Shown in pieces: positions 1-9,086 of a stretch of 35,914 bases of DNA. This DNA comes from a bacterium (GTDB lineage: Bacteria > Cyanobacteriota > Vampirovibrionia > Gastranaerophilales > JBAXKC01): NCBI GenBank assembly GCA_037137535.1, contig JBAXKC010000026.1:1-35914 (forward strand), in the 5' to 3' direction. A model generated the notes under the pieces. It made no database searches, was not told where the DNA came from, and worked only from the letters and a program-made list of their open reading frames with translations. The stretch's first letter is position 1; each line of letters begins with the position of its first letter. Both the position numbers and the translations under genes were made by a program.

Positions 1-53
1 AGAAACTCGTGGAGTACTAAGTTCTAATCGTTAGGAAAAACGGGGGCAGGTCA
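1..53. mobile_element. Terminal end (inverted repeat) of an IS3-family (IS407-group-like) insertion sequence; the rest lies outside the window
   Basis: Sequence ends ...GGAAAAACGGGGGCAGGTCA at 53 (reverse complement TGACCTGCCCCCG, the 5'-TG...CA-3' IS3/IS407-like terminus). It is GC-rich relative to the surroundings, and glycosyltransferase homology begins right after it. Confidence 0.7.
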
Positions 54-759
54 TCTTAATTCTTCTGATTTAATATTAAATGATGGTATTGGTATTGATA
101 TTGCCTGTAAAATTCAAGAGATTCCTTGTTCTTCCAATATGAATGGAACTGATTTTATTCCATTAGTTATAGAAATGGCTGATAAACATGATTATAAAGT
201 CTATTTGCTTGGAACAAGTGATGAGGTATTAGATAAAGCAAAAAGTAACTTAAAATCTAAATATCCTAATTTGAATATAGTTGGGTCTCATAATGGTTTC
301 TTTTCCAAAGAGGAAGAAGTTAATCTGATTAATGATATTAATCAGAAAGAAGCTGATATTTTAATTGTTGGTATGGGTGTTCCCCTTCAAGAGATTTGGA
401 TTCAAGAAAATAAAGATAAATTAACTAGCGTTAATTTGTTGATTGCAGGTGGTGCAATAATTGATTTTATTTCAGGAACGGTTAAAAGAGCTCCTTCGAT
501 TTGGAGAAAGCTAAGAGTAGAATGGGCATTTAGATTATTGCAAGAGCCTAAGCGTTTAGCCAAAAGATATTTAATTGGTAACGTTGAATTTTTATGCTAC
601 CTATTTGCATATAAATATAAATTAAAAACATATACGCCAGCCTTAACCTCAATGGGATGTAAATATAATAAAGCTATTTTTGCGCTTAAATCTGAAATTG
701 ATGGAACAGTAAATAATTTAATAGATGAATGTACCCCTGATCATTTAGTATGCAAATAG
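54..759 (+). pseudogene. WecB/TagA/CpsF-family glycosyltransferase (GT26), 5'-truncated by IS insertion
   Basis: The frame upstream of ATG139 continues as LNSSDLILNDGIGID (conserved TagA N-terminal motif) back to 55, then becomes IS sequence with an in-frame stop at 25-27. The ORF carries GSHNGFF, VGMGVPLQE, GGAIIDF, RAP and EWAFRLLQEPKRL motifs. Confidence 0.75.
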
Positions 760-798
760 TTTTGATTTATAGGTTTAAGTATTAAAAGGAACAGTTTA

Positions 799-1842
799 AT
801 GCAAAGTAAAAATATATTAATGGTTGGACCTTATGCACAAGGTGGGATCTCTTCCGTTATTAACTCATTTTTAGAGAGTGATCTTAAAGATAAAGTTTTA
901 TTTGAAGCTTCTTATGTAGAAGCCCCAACTTTGCAAAATTGGATTCGTTTTATATTTTTTTATATAAAATATAATTATATTTTATTAACAAATAATAATA
1001 TTAAAATTGTTCATATATTTTCTGCAGAAAAAGGAAGTTTATTAAGAAAAGCTTTTATTTTATTAGCAGCAAAATTATACAGAAAAAAAACAATAATAAA
1101 TTTCCATTCTTGTAATCCAACTCTTTTTTATAAGGATGATGCACCTATTATTAAACAATTTATAAAAATAATATTAGATAATGTTGATTTAATCCTTGTA
1201 TTAAGTAATCAATGGAAAGAAATTATTGCTAATAAAACTTCAAATAAAAATATTGAAGTTTTATATAATCCAATAGTCATAAAAACTCCTGTTGATAGTT
1301 ATAATGAAGTAGTAAATATTTTATTTATGGGAAGAATTGGTCAAAGAAAAGGCGCATACGATATTATTGAAGCGGCTAAACTTTTAAGAGATCAAAACAT
1401 AAAAATAACTATGTGTGGTGATGGGGAAGTTTCTCAAATAAGAGAAATTGTTAGCCAAAACTCTCTTGAAAATATAATTAATGTTTCTGGCTGGATAAAG
1501 GGTAAAGATGTTGAAGATGCCTATAAAAATGCTGATATTTTTATTTTACCGTCTTATAATGAAGGATTACCAATGTCTATACTTGAGGCTATGTCTTATG
1601 GACTTCCGATTATTTCTACTAATATAGCAGGTATACCCGAACAGGTTATAGAAAATGAAAATGGTTTTCTTATTACTCCCGGAGATGTAAAGACTCTTGC
1701 TGAAAAAATTTCTGTATTGTCTTCTGATAAACAGTTAAGAGAAAAAATGGGAGCGAGAAGTTATAGCATTGCAAAAGAAAAATTTGATATAAATGTTATA
1801 GTTGCTCAACTTAATGAGATATATTCAAAAGCTCTAGGCTAA
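799..1842 (+). CDS. GT4 (GT-B) family glycosyltransferase
   Basis: FMGRIGQRKG, DIFILPSYNEGLPMSILEAMSYGLPII (E-X7-E) and GIPE motifs. Confidence 0.93.
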   Translation: MQSKNILMVGPYAQGGISSVINSFLESDLKDKVLFEASYVEAPTLQNWIRFIFFYIKYNYILLTNNNIKIVHIFSAEKGSLLRKAFILLAAKLYRKKTIINFHSCNPTLFYKDDAPIIKQFIKIILDNVDLILVLSNQWKEIIANKTSNKNIEVLYNPIVIKTPVDSYNEVVNILFMGRIGQRKGAYDIIEAAKLLRDQNIKITMCGDGEVSQIREIVSQNSLENIINVSGWIKGKDVEDAYKNADIFILPSYNEGLPMSILEAMSYGLPIISTNIAGIPEQVIENENGFLITPGDVKTLAEKISVLSSDKQLREKMGARSYSIAKEKFDINVIVAQLNEIYSKALG

Positions 1843-1894
1843 CTAACTCACTAACAATCACTTTAGAATTAATAACAAAAAACATGAAATTTCA

Positions 1895-1933
1895 ACAGAT
1901 ATTTATCAAGAAGATAACTTGAAAAATATCTGT
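1895..1933. terminator. Hairpin between convergent genes (likely bidirectional terminator)
   Basis: ACAGATATTTATCAAG...CTTGAAAAATATCTGT imperfect inverted repeat. Confidence 0.55.
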
Positions 1934-1972
1934 CTGGACCTTGGAGTATTATTTATCCAGTATTGAAGAAAA

Positions 1973-3268
1973 TTAATCCTCTAACGCTTGACACAAATCC
2001 GCAATTAAGTCCTCAGCACTTTCAATTCCTACTGAAATACGAAGAGTATCATCATAAACACCTGATTTATTTTTTATGTCTTCAGGTAGTCCATAATGAG
2101 TAGAGCTTGCAGGATGAACAATTAAAGACTTTGCATCTCCTACATTTACCATATAATCAAAAATACGAACTTTTTCTAAAACACTTTTTGCTTTATCAAT
2201 GCCGCCTTTTAATCTTATCGCTAATATTGCCCCTGAGCCTTTAGGAAAATACTTTTCAGCTAAACTGTAATAACGATTGTCAGGTAATGAAGGGTAAGAT
2301 ACAGATAAAATTTGTGGATGATGTTCTAAAAATTCTGCAATTTTTAAAGCATTATCAGCATGTCTTTGCATACGCAAAGAAAGAGTTTCAATTCCCTGCA
2401 AAAGAGAAAATGCACTGGATGGACTGAGATGAGAACCAAATTCTGTAAGGTAAGTCATTCTTAATCTTCTAATAAAAGCTGTATGTTTTAAACTTTCATT
2501 TTCTATATATTGCTTATTTTCATTATAAAATTCATCCATTGCAGGAAATTTTCCGTTAAACCAATCAAAACCACCTTTTTCTACGACAATACCACTTATT
2601 GTAGTGCCATGCCCACTTAAATATTTAGTTGCAGAATGACAAACAATGTCAGCTCCAAATTCAAATGGACGTAAAAGATAAGGCGTAGCAAACGTATTAT
2701 CAATAACTAATGGAATGCCGTTTTCATGTGCAATTTCGGCTATTGACTCTATATCAACTATATTCATACCGGGATTTCCCAATGCTTCAATATAAACAGC
2801 TTTTGTCTGTGGTGTTATTGCTTTACGATAAGATTCTAAAGAATCTTCATCCTCTACCCAGTTTGTAGTGATGCCGTATTTAGGCAAGACTTTATTAAGA
2901 AGCGTTGTACTTCCTCCGTAGAGGGTTTTTACAGCAGCAATTTCATCTCCCGATTGTGCAAGATTTAAAAATGTATTAGAAATTGCACTCATCCCCGAAC
3001 TCATTGAAAGAGCAGCTGCTCCTCCTTCTAATGCGGCCATTCTCTTTTCAAGCACATCATTTGTAGGATTACTGAATCTCACATAGGAATGTCCCTCTTC
3101 TTCATAAGAAAAAAGCCTTTCGCAGTGAGCAAAATCTTTAAATTCAAAAGCAGCGGTTTGATAAATAGGAACAGCTTTTGATCTGAAATGCTCTTTAGGA
3201 TTGTAACCTGCATGTAGTTGTTTTGTATCAAAACTTAAGCTGTTATCTTTAAAAGCTTGATATGACAT
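1973..3268 (-). CDS. metY: O-acetylhomoserine sulfhydrylase / aminocarboxypropyltransferase (MetY-like PLP enzyme)
   Basis: FDTKQLHAG, AVPIYQT, YVRFSNPT, DNTFATP, HSATKYLSGHG (PLP Lys) and NVGDAKSLIVHPASSTH. Start moved to ATG 3268, which has a GGGAGTG RBS and removes the overlap with the upstream gene. Confidence 0.85.
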   Translation of the reverse strand: MSYQAFKDNSLSFDTKQLHAGYNPKEHFRSKAVPIYQTAAFEFKDFAHCERLFSYEEEGHSYVRFSNPTNDVLEKRMAALEGGAAALSMSSGMSAISNTFLNLAQSGDEIAAVKTLYGGSTTLLNKVLPKYGITTNWVEDEDSLESYRKAITPQTKAVYIEALGNPGMNIVDIESIAEIAHENGIPLVIDNTFATPYLLRPFEFGADIVCHSATKYLSGHGTTISGIVVEKGGFDWFNGKFPAMDEFYNENKQYIENESLKHTAFIRRLRMTYLTEFGSHLSPSSAFSLLQGIETLSLRMQRHADNALKIAEFLEHHPQILSVSYPSLPDNRYYSLAEKYFPKGSGAILAIRLKGGIDKAKSVLEKVRIFDYMVNVGDAKSLIVHPASSTHYGLPEDIKNKSGVYDDTLRISVGIESAEDLIADLCQALED

Positions 3269-3288
3269 AATTTTCACTCCCGATAATT

Positions 3289-4218
3289 TTATACACCAGT
3301 CATTTTTATTGAAGAAGTCGGACAACTTGAAATACAAACGCCACAACCTCGACATTCATCAGAATTAAAGTTTATTTTTCCGTCTTGCTTTGAAAAGGCG
3401 TTAAAATGACATTTCTTAATACAGATACCGCATTTAACACAATTTTCTTCGGAAAATAATGCAATTGAGGATGAAATAGGCCACGTTTTATTACTGTTTA
3501 TAACTTTTTGCGCTCTGAATAAATAGCAGCAATCTCCACAACAATTACATATACTGTTTGGATTTAGTGTATGCATCAAACCTGCCTTGTTTGCACGTTT
3601 TAAAACATTAATTGCTTCTTCTTTATTTATCGACTTCGACAATCCCCTATGAGAAAAAGTGTTAATGCCATTACGGAAAGAAATGCAAACATCGGTAGGA
3701 TAATCACAATTTCCTGCAAGTGTGCGACAATCACATAGGTTTAGCCATATAGGCTTATCAGTAGAATTAACAAAGTCGATAGCCTCATTAAGAGTAACAG
3801 TTTTATCTTGAGTCGGAGTTATGGAAGATTGGTCAAGTGTATCTACAAAAGCCTGAAAATACCATTTATCAAGATTTATTTGAACTTCTCTATCTAAACT
3901 TTTATAGGTATCACATTCTGTTATTGCAAAAATATCAAGTCTTGTGTAAAAACTGCCTATTTTATATTTTTCATAGCTTTCGTCTTCTAACTCAAGAACT
4001 CCTCGTTTGTAAGAATTAATTAAAATATTTTTAACTTCATCAATTGTGTAAGTTTTGCTATTGTTTGAATTTAAAGCCTCTAATGCTTCTGTTAAGGCAA
4101 AAGAAGTTGTTTTAATTGCTTCAATCATTGCTATTTCTTCCGGATTAACTATCTTATCTAAAATAGCAAAAGCGACTTCAGGAACTTTAAATCTATTTAT
4201 GAATTTTGTATTTTTCAT
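3289..4218 (-). CDS. Multi-[4Fe-4S] ferredoxin-domain protein
   Basis: CDCR...C...C and ICNCCGDCC clusters plus two C-terminal CxxCxxCxxxC(P) motifs (CVKCGICIKKCHF, CRGCGVCISSCP). Confidence 0.85.
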   Translation of the reverse strand: MKNTKFINRFKVPEVAFAILDKIVNPEEIAMIEAIKTTSFALTEALEALNSNNSKTYTIDEVKNILINSYKRGVLELEDESYEKYKIGSFYTRLDIFAITECDTYKSLDREVQINLDKWYFQAFVDTLDQSSITPTQDKTVTLNEAIDFVNSTDKPIWLNLCDCRTLAGNCDYPTDVCISFRNGINTFSHRGLSKSINKEEAINVLKRANKAGLMHTLNPNSICNCCGDCCYLFRAQKVINSNKTWPISSSIALFSEENCVKCGICIKKCHFNAFSKQDGKINFNSDECRGCGVCISSCPTSSIKMTGV

Positions 4219-4242
4219 TTTTCACTTAAACCTCTTAAATAT

Positions 4243-4875
4243 TTAACTTTTTCCGTTTATAAATTTAAAAGCAATATTTTCTAAATAAAAGAAATAGTTA
4301 TTGAGTAATATAGCCATAGCTGAAATCAAAATACTGCCAATAATAATTTCAGGCAGATAATTTTTATATAATCCGTCAAAAATCAAAACACCTAGCCCGC
4401 CTGCATTAATCCATGCCGCAACTGTAGCTATTCCTATTGTTGAAATAGAAGCTATTCTTACACCTCCAATAATGCCAGGCAAAGCATACGGTAATTCAAT
4501 ATCCCAAAAAAGTTGAATACTATTTAAGCCCATACCTTTAGCAGATTCAATTATTGAAGACTCTATGGTGTTAAATGCAGCCACAGTATTTTTTAATAAA
4601 ATAAATAAGTTATATAAAACTAGAGCAAGAATTGCCGACTTAAGCCCTAATCCCATTAAAGGAATAAAAATTGCAAATAAGGCAAGACTTGGAATAGTAT
4701 AAATAATACCGAAAAAAGGTATTATAAAAGATTCTACTCTTTTATTTCCTGACAATAAATATCCGCTTGGCAATGATATTACTAATGCAATTACAAGTGA
4801 TAACATCACAAGAAATAGATGTTGTAAAAATAGTTTACTTATTTCAAAAAAATTATTACTTAAATATTCAAACAT
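4243..4875 (-). CDS. ABC transporter permease, osmoprotectant (OpuC/ProW/YehW) type
   Basis: TIPSLALF, EAA loop ESAKGMG, IELPYALP and AGGLG motifs. Confidence 0.9.
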   Translation of the reverse strand: MFEYLSNNFFEISKLFLQHLFLVMLSLVIALVISLPSGYLLSGNKRVESFIIPFFGIIYTIPSLALFAIFIPLMGLGLKSAILALVLYNLFILLKNTVAAFNTIESSIIESAKGMGLNSIQLFWDIELPYALPGIIGGVRIASISTIGIATVAAWINAGGLGVLIFDGLYKNYLPEIIIGSILISAMAILLNNYFFYLENIAFKFINGKS

Positions 4876-5852
4876 AATTCATCTTTTTTAACGTAATGTT
4901 TTCTAAAGTTTTTAAAATTATTTATGCTAATAGTGCCAATTATATTGTTATTGTCATCTTTAACTTTAAGAGAATCTAAATTGTTCTCTATTAAATTATT
5001 TAATGCATTTTTCAAATTATCATTTTGATTTATTATTTCACTATGATTATTTTGGCAATTATCATGTTTTTGCATAATTTCTTTAACTTTTATAATGCTT
5101 AACTTTTGAAATAAATCATTTGAGTTTACAAGAGAGCTCACAAATTCATTTGCGGGATGTAAAAGGATATTAACTGGTGTATCAAATTGTTGAACTTTGC
5201 CTTCATTCATAATAAGGACTTTATCACCTAGTTTTAAGGCTTCATCTACATCATGAGTAACAAAAAGAATTGTTTTATTAAGTAATTTTTGAATTTTCAG
5301 AAGTTCTTCCTGCAAATTAGCTCTGGTAATTGAATCAATAGCGCCAAACGGCTCATCCATAAGCATTATCTTAGGATTTGCCGCCATTGCCCTTGCTAAT
5401 CCGACTCTTTGCTGTTGTCCTCCCGAAAGTTGATTGGGGTGTCTTTTTCTGAATGTTTGAGGTGATAATCCCACTAAATCAAGTAAATAATCAATTCTTT
5501 CATTAATTTCGTCTTTGTCCCAATTTAAAATTTTTGGAACTATTGCTATATTCTCTTCTATTGTCAAATGCTCAAAAAGACCTGTTTGTTGAATAACATA
5601 ACCAATTCTTCTTCTTAAATTAACAGCAGATATTTTAGAAATATCTTCTCCATTTATATAAATTTTGCCTGAAGTCGGATCATAAAGGCGGTTTATCATT
5701 TTAAGAAGTGTTGTTTTACCGCATCCTGATGAACCGAGGATTGTTATAAATTCACCTTCATTAATATTTAATGAAGTTTCATAAACTGAGGGCGTTTTAG
5801 CATTTGCAAATTTTTTTATTACTTTATCTAAAATAATCAATGAATTATTCAT
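4860..5852 (-). CDS. ABC transporter ATP-binding subunit, OpuCA/ProV type with C-terminal CBS-like region
   Basis: GSSGCGKTT, LRRRIGYVIQQ, LSGGQQQR, MDEPFGA and FVTHD motifs. Confidence 0.93.
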   Translation of the reverse strand: MNNSLIILDKVIKKFANAKTPSVYETSLNINEGEFITILGSSGCGKTTLLKMINRLYDPTSGKIYINGEDISKISAVNLRRRIGYVIQQTGLFEHLTIEENIAIVPKILNWDKDEINERIDYLLDLVGLSPQTFRKRHPNQLSGGQQQRVGLARAMAANPKIMLMDEPFGAIDSITRANLQEELLKIQKLLNKTILFVTHDVDEALKLGDKVLIMNEGKVQQFDTPVNILLHPANEFVSSLVNSNDLFQKLSIIKVKEIMQKHDNCQNNHSEIINQNDNLKNALNNLIENNLDSLKVKDDNNNIIGTISINNFKNFRKHYVKKDELCLNI

Positions 5853-5860
5853 TTATACCC

Positions 5861-6757
5861 CTATATTAACCCTTCTTTTATTAAAAATCCTTTTGCAACT
5901 TCATCATACGTTTGTTTTTTAATATCTACATCAGCATTTAATTTTTGCAAAATATCACCTGTTAGTTTTTTTGAAATATTATTTAATATAATTTCCAGTT
6001 TTGGATATTTTGTTAAAATATCTTGCCTCATAACGGGAGCAACATTATAAGCAGGCCAAAAGTTTTTATCATCTTTAAGTAAAATAAATCTTTTATCCAT
6101 AAGTCTTGCGTCAGTTGTTCCACATATAGCTATATCAGCTTTATTTTTCAGTAAAACACTATATTTTATACCATTGTCATACATATTAATGCTTTTAAAT
6201 TTTATCTCTCCATATTTTTTATTTAATCCTTTCAGTCCATCTTCTCTTTCTTCAAATTCTGCAATTGAAATCATTCTTAAATTATTTGCAACGCTAGGAA
6301 GTGTAGATATTTTATAGAGGTTATATTTTTTTGCTATTTCTCTATTTACTACTAATCCCTGCGAATTATTTGCTTGTGATGGAAGAAGCCATATTAAATT
6401 CCATTTAGTTTTGTATTCTTGAGAAACAACATTAAAAACCGTATCTGGATCAGATACAGGTTTATGATGAAGCACATTTATAAAAGCTGTACCTGTATAT
6501 TCAGGATATAAATCAATTTCACCTTTTTTAAATGACTCATGAGCAATTAAAGTTCCACCAAGATTCAATTTTCTATTAACTTTATAACCTGACTTTTCAA
6601 TAGCTTGGGCATAAATTTCAGCAATTATTTTTGATTCCGTAAAGTTTTTAGCTCCGATAGAAATACCCGATTCTGAATATAGGAAATTTATGTTTAAAAA
6701 GCAAACAGTTAAGAAAGTGATAATTAAAATAAAGTTCCAAAAGATTATTTTATACAT
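5861..6757 (-). CDS. ABC transporter substrate-binding protein, glycine betaine/choline (OsmF/OpuCC) type
   Basis: N-terminal hydrophobic anchor; IGAKNFTE, DLYPEYTGT, REDG and LKDDKNFWPAYN motifs. Confidence 0.9.
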   Translation of the reverse strand: MYKIIFWNFILIITFLTVCFLNINFLYSESGISIGAKNFTESKIIAEIYAQAIEKSGYKVNRKLNLGGTLIAHESFKKGEIDLYPEYTGTAFINVLHHKPVSDPDTVFNVVSQEYKTKWNLIWLLPSQANNSQGLVVNREIAKKYNLYKISTLPSVANNLRMISIAEFEEREDGLKGLNKKYGEIKFKSINMYDNGIKYSVLLKNKADIAICGTTDARLMDKRFILLKDDKNFWPAYNVAPVMRQDILTKYPKLEIILNNISKKLTGDILQKLNADVDIKKQTYDEVAKGFLIKEGLI

Positions 6758-6760
6758 AAA

Positions 6761-7405
6761 TTAAACCTTTTTATACTTTATAAAGATATTTTCGATTAAA
6801 GTTAATGATAATTCTGATAATATAGCCAAAATAGCAACTGATATAGCACCTATAAGCAGTAAAGGTAAGTCATACATGCTTAAACCGTTTATAATAAATG
6901 TTCCAAGACCTCCGCCACCTATAAAAGCAGCAAGTGTAGCACTTGAAATCACGCTGACTATGGATAGTTTAATTCCTGTAAATATCATAGGAAAAGCTAA
7001 AGGGAATTTTATTTTTAATAATATTTGAAGTTTATTCATTCCCATTCCTGTTGCAGATTCTATAACGGTTGCATTAATTCCTTTTAAGCCTAAAGTCGTA
7101 TTTATCAAGATTGGAGGAAATGCAACAATACTCAAAGCCATTAATGAAGGCTTGAATCCTGTTCCAACAAATGGCATAGCCAATGCTAATATTGCAATAC
7201 TGGGAATTACTTTTAAAGAGATTAAAATATTTACAAAATGCTCTAAATATTTATTATTTTTAGAGCATAGGATACCTAATGGAATAGAAATAACAATCCC
7301 TATAAATAAAGCAAAAAAGCTTAATAAACAATGTTCACAAAGAGCATGCAAAAATTTATCGGAGTTTAATAAAATATATTTTAAAATTTCTAAAATTAAA
7401 TTCAT
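6761..7405 (-). CDS. ABC transporter permease, osmoprotectant type
   Basis: IPSIAILAL, ESATGMG, KFPLAFP and IGGGGLG motifs; start at ATG 7405 (AAGG upstream). Confidence 0.88.
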   Translation of the reverse strand: MNLILEILKYILLNSDKFLHALCEHCLLSFFALFIGIVISIPLGILCSKNNKYLEHFVNILISLKVIPSIAILALAMPFVGTGFKPSLMALSIVAFPPILINTTLGLKGINATVIESATGMGMNKLQILLKIKFPLAFPMIFTGIKLSIVSVISSATLAAFIGGGGLGTFIINGLSMYDLPLLLIGAISVAILAILSELSLTLIENIFIKYKKV

Positions 7406-7425
7406 TATTTTATACCTTATTAATT

Positions 7426-7800
7426 TCAAACGAGGAATGATATTTTATTTTTAGTAGATTTAGACTCTTTTTTAATATGTTGCGAAATTTTAATTGCTCC
7501 AATTGATGCATATAAAATATTAAATGTAATTGCAGAAAGAAATGATATAAATTCTTTAACCTCTTCGCTTTTAATCAATTTTGTTTTATCTAAAAGTTTT
7601 TTACTCATAATTCCTGCGATAAAATAAATACCAGCTCCTATTGAATAAGTAGTAAAATCTCTTGCAAAAAGTTCATTTCTTCTATCAGGCGGATCTTGAA
7701 GATATCTTATTGAAGGAATAAAAACGCTTGGGGCTGTCCATGTTATTACGTCTTTAACTTTTTGTAAACTTGCTCTTGGTGCTATTGTTATTGCTGCCAT
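7426..7800 (-). CDS. Hypothetical membrane protein (124 aa)
   Basis: GGAGG RBS; two or three hydrophobic segments; no recognised family. Confidence 0.7.
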   Translation of the reverse strand: MAAITIAPRASLQKVKDVITWTAPSVFIPSIRYLQDPPDRRNELFARDFTTYSIGAGIYFIAGIMSKKLLDKTKLIKSEEVKEFISFLSAITFNILYASIGAIKISQHIKKESKSTKNKISFLV

Positions 7801-7897
7801 TAGGTGAGCCTCCGAATTTAAATAATAAAATCATGAAATTTTATAAATTTATATTGGTTCTTCAGCTACTTTATTTTTTATAATTTAAGTAAAACTG

Positions 7898-7981
7898 TTA
7901 ATACGAACCAGTATAAGTGGACATTAAACAGCAACACATCAATAAGTTTAATTTTTCAAATAGTAAATTAATTTTTTTCAT
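7898..7981 (-). CDS. Unannotated 27-aa small ORF MKKINLLFEKLNLLMCCCLMSTYTGSY (candidate leader peptide)
   Basis: GGAGGA RBS 9 nt before ATG 7981; directly downstream of a consensus-like sigma70 promoter. Confidence 0.55.
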   Translation of the reverse strand: MKKINLLFEKLNLLMCCCLMSTYTGSY

Positions 7982-8035
7982 AATATTGATTCCTCCATAT
8001 TTTGCGGCAAACATAAAAAAGTTAGGCCACCCGTA

Positions 8036-8064
8036 ACTTTAATTTAAAGTTTGCACAATGTCAA
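8036..8064 (-). promoter_or_regulatory. sigma70-type promoter upstream of the small ORF and ABC importer cluster
   Basis: TTGACA-N17-TAAAGT on the minus strand. Confidence 0.55.
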
Positions 8065-8170
8065 TATCTTAATTACATTTTTCACGACAAAATTAATAAT
8101 TTAGTATTGAATCCAAAATAAAATATATAGAGATGAATGAATAATTACAAAATTATACCTATGATAAATA

Positions 8171-8210
8171 ACCCAATTATTAAGCAGGTAAAAATGCCTA
8201 ATAATTGGGT
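8171..8210 (-). terminator. Hairpin ending the kamA/ATP-grasp/ABC-2 operon
   Basis: ACCCAATTATTA...TAATAATTGGGT 12-bp perfect stem. Confidence 0.6.
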
Positions 8211-8282
8211 CATATTACTTATAATGTTCCAGAGCAAAATCACTGAAAATATTTAAGCTAATTTAAAAGTTACACTATTAAT

Positions 8283-9080
8283 TTATGAACCTGTACTGGT
8301 ATAATTTTTTATACCAAAATTCCATACTTTATTAGCAATAAACCATAATATTACAGCTATTAATGGGGATAATAATGAATAACTTAAAAGTCCCTTATGT
8401 AAAAAATAACTTGCAGGATAAAAACTGGCAAAAGCATATGGAATAATCCATGTCAGTATAAATCCTATAAATTTAGGGTAAATTAAGATTGGATAAAGTG
8501 CAAACTCTTGTAAGGTTGCAACCGATTCCATAACTATATGAGAATTAACAGTCCAAAAGCCTGCTGTTGCAGTTATTAAGTTAATAGAAGCTAAAATAAC
8601 TCCACCACTGATAACAAATAATATTAATAAGAACATATCTAAAATACCAAATGCCAATTTTAAAGCAAGGGCCGATTTTATAGTAATTACCAGCCCGATT
8701 AGAAATAAGCCAAAACCATCTTGCTGTATATGGCTTGCTATAAGTTGGAATAATGGCGATATTGGACGAGTCATGAATATATCAAATTTACCTTCTCTAA
8801 TATATTCCCAGCCCAAAGCATGTAAATTATCAAAGAAGATCATATCAAGACCTTTTGCTAAAGTAAGTAGTCCATAAACAAAAGTTATTTCATAAAAACT
8901 CCAGCCATTTATTTGTTTAACATTCTCAAAAAGAACCCAAACAAAAAATATTCCGCAAACTTGAGTTAGTAATGTTGAAAACACACCAATTACAAAATCA
9001 TTTTTGTATTCGAGCATGATTTTTAGATTTTGTTTTAAAAACTCAATATATAAACTTGAATATTTTGATAACGATGACAT
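8283..9080 (-). CDS. ABC-2 type exporter permease
   Basis: GWSFYE, IREGKFDIFMTRPISP, FALYP and LTWIIPYAF motifs; six-TM pattern. Confidence 0.9.
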   Translation of the reverse strand: MSSLSKYSSLYIEFLKQNLKIMLEYKNDFVIGVFSTLLTQVCGIFFVWVLFENVKQINGWSFYEITFVYGLLTLAKGLDMIFFDNLHALGWEYIREGKFDIFMTRPISPLFQLIASHIQQDGFGLFLIGLVITIKSALALKLAFGILDMFLLILFVISGGVILASINLITATAGFWTVNSHIVMESVATLQEFALYPILIYPKFIGFILTWIIPYAFASFYPASYFLHKGLLSYSLLSPLIAVILWFIANKVWNFGIKNYTSTGS

Positions 9081-9086
9081 TAATTA

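Noticed and set aside
3269-3355. 29-aa N-terminal extension of the MetY ORF in the ORF track
   Set aside because: It overlaps the upstream ferredoxin gene; homology and a good RBS point to ATG 3268.
8000-8060. Possible c-di-GMP-I (GEMM) riboswitch (GCAAAC...GGCCTAA on the minus strand)
   Set aside because: It lacks the GNRA-capped P2 and the GACGCAAAGC core; the region is better explained as a sigma70 promoter plus short leader.
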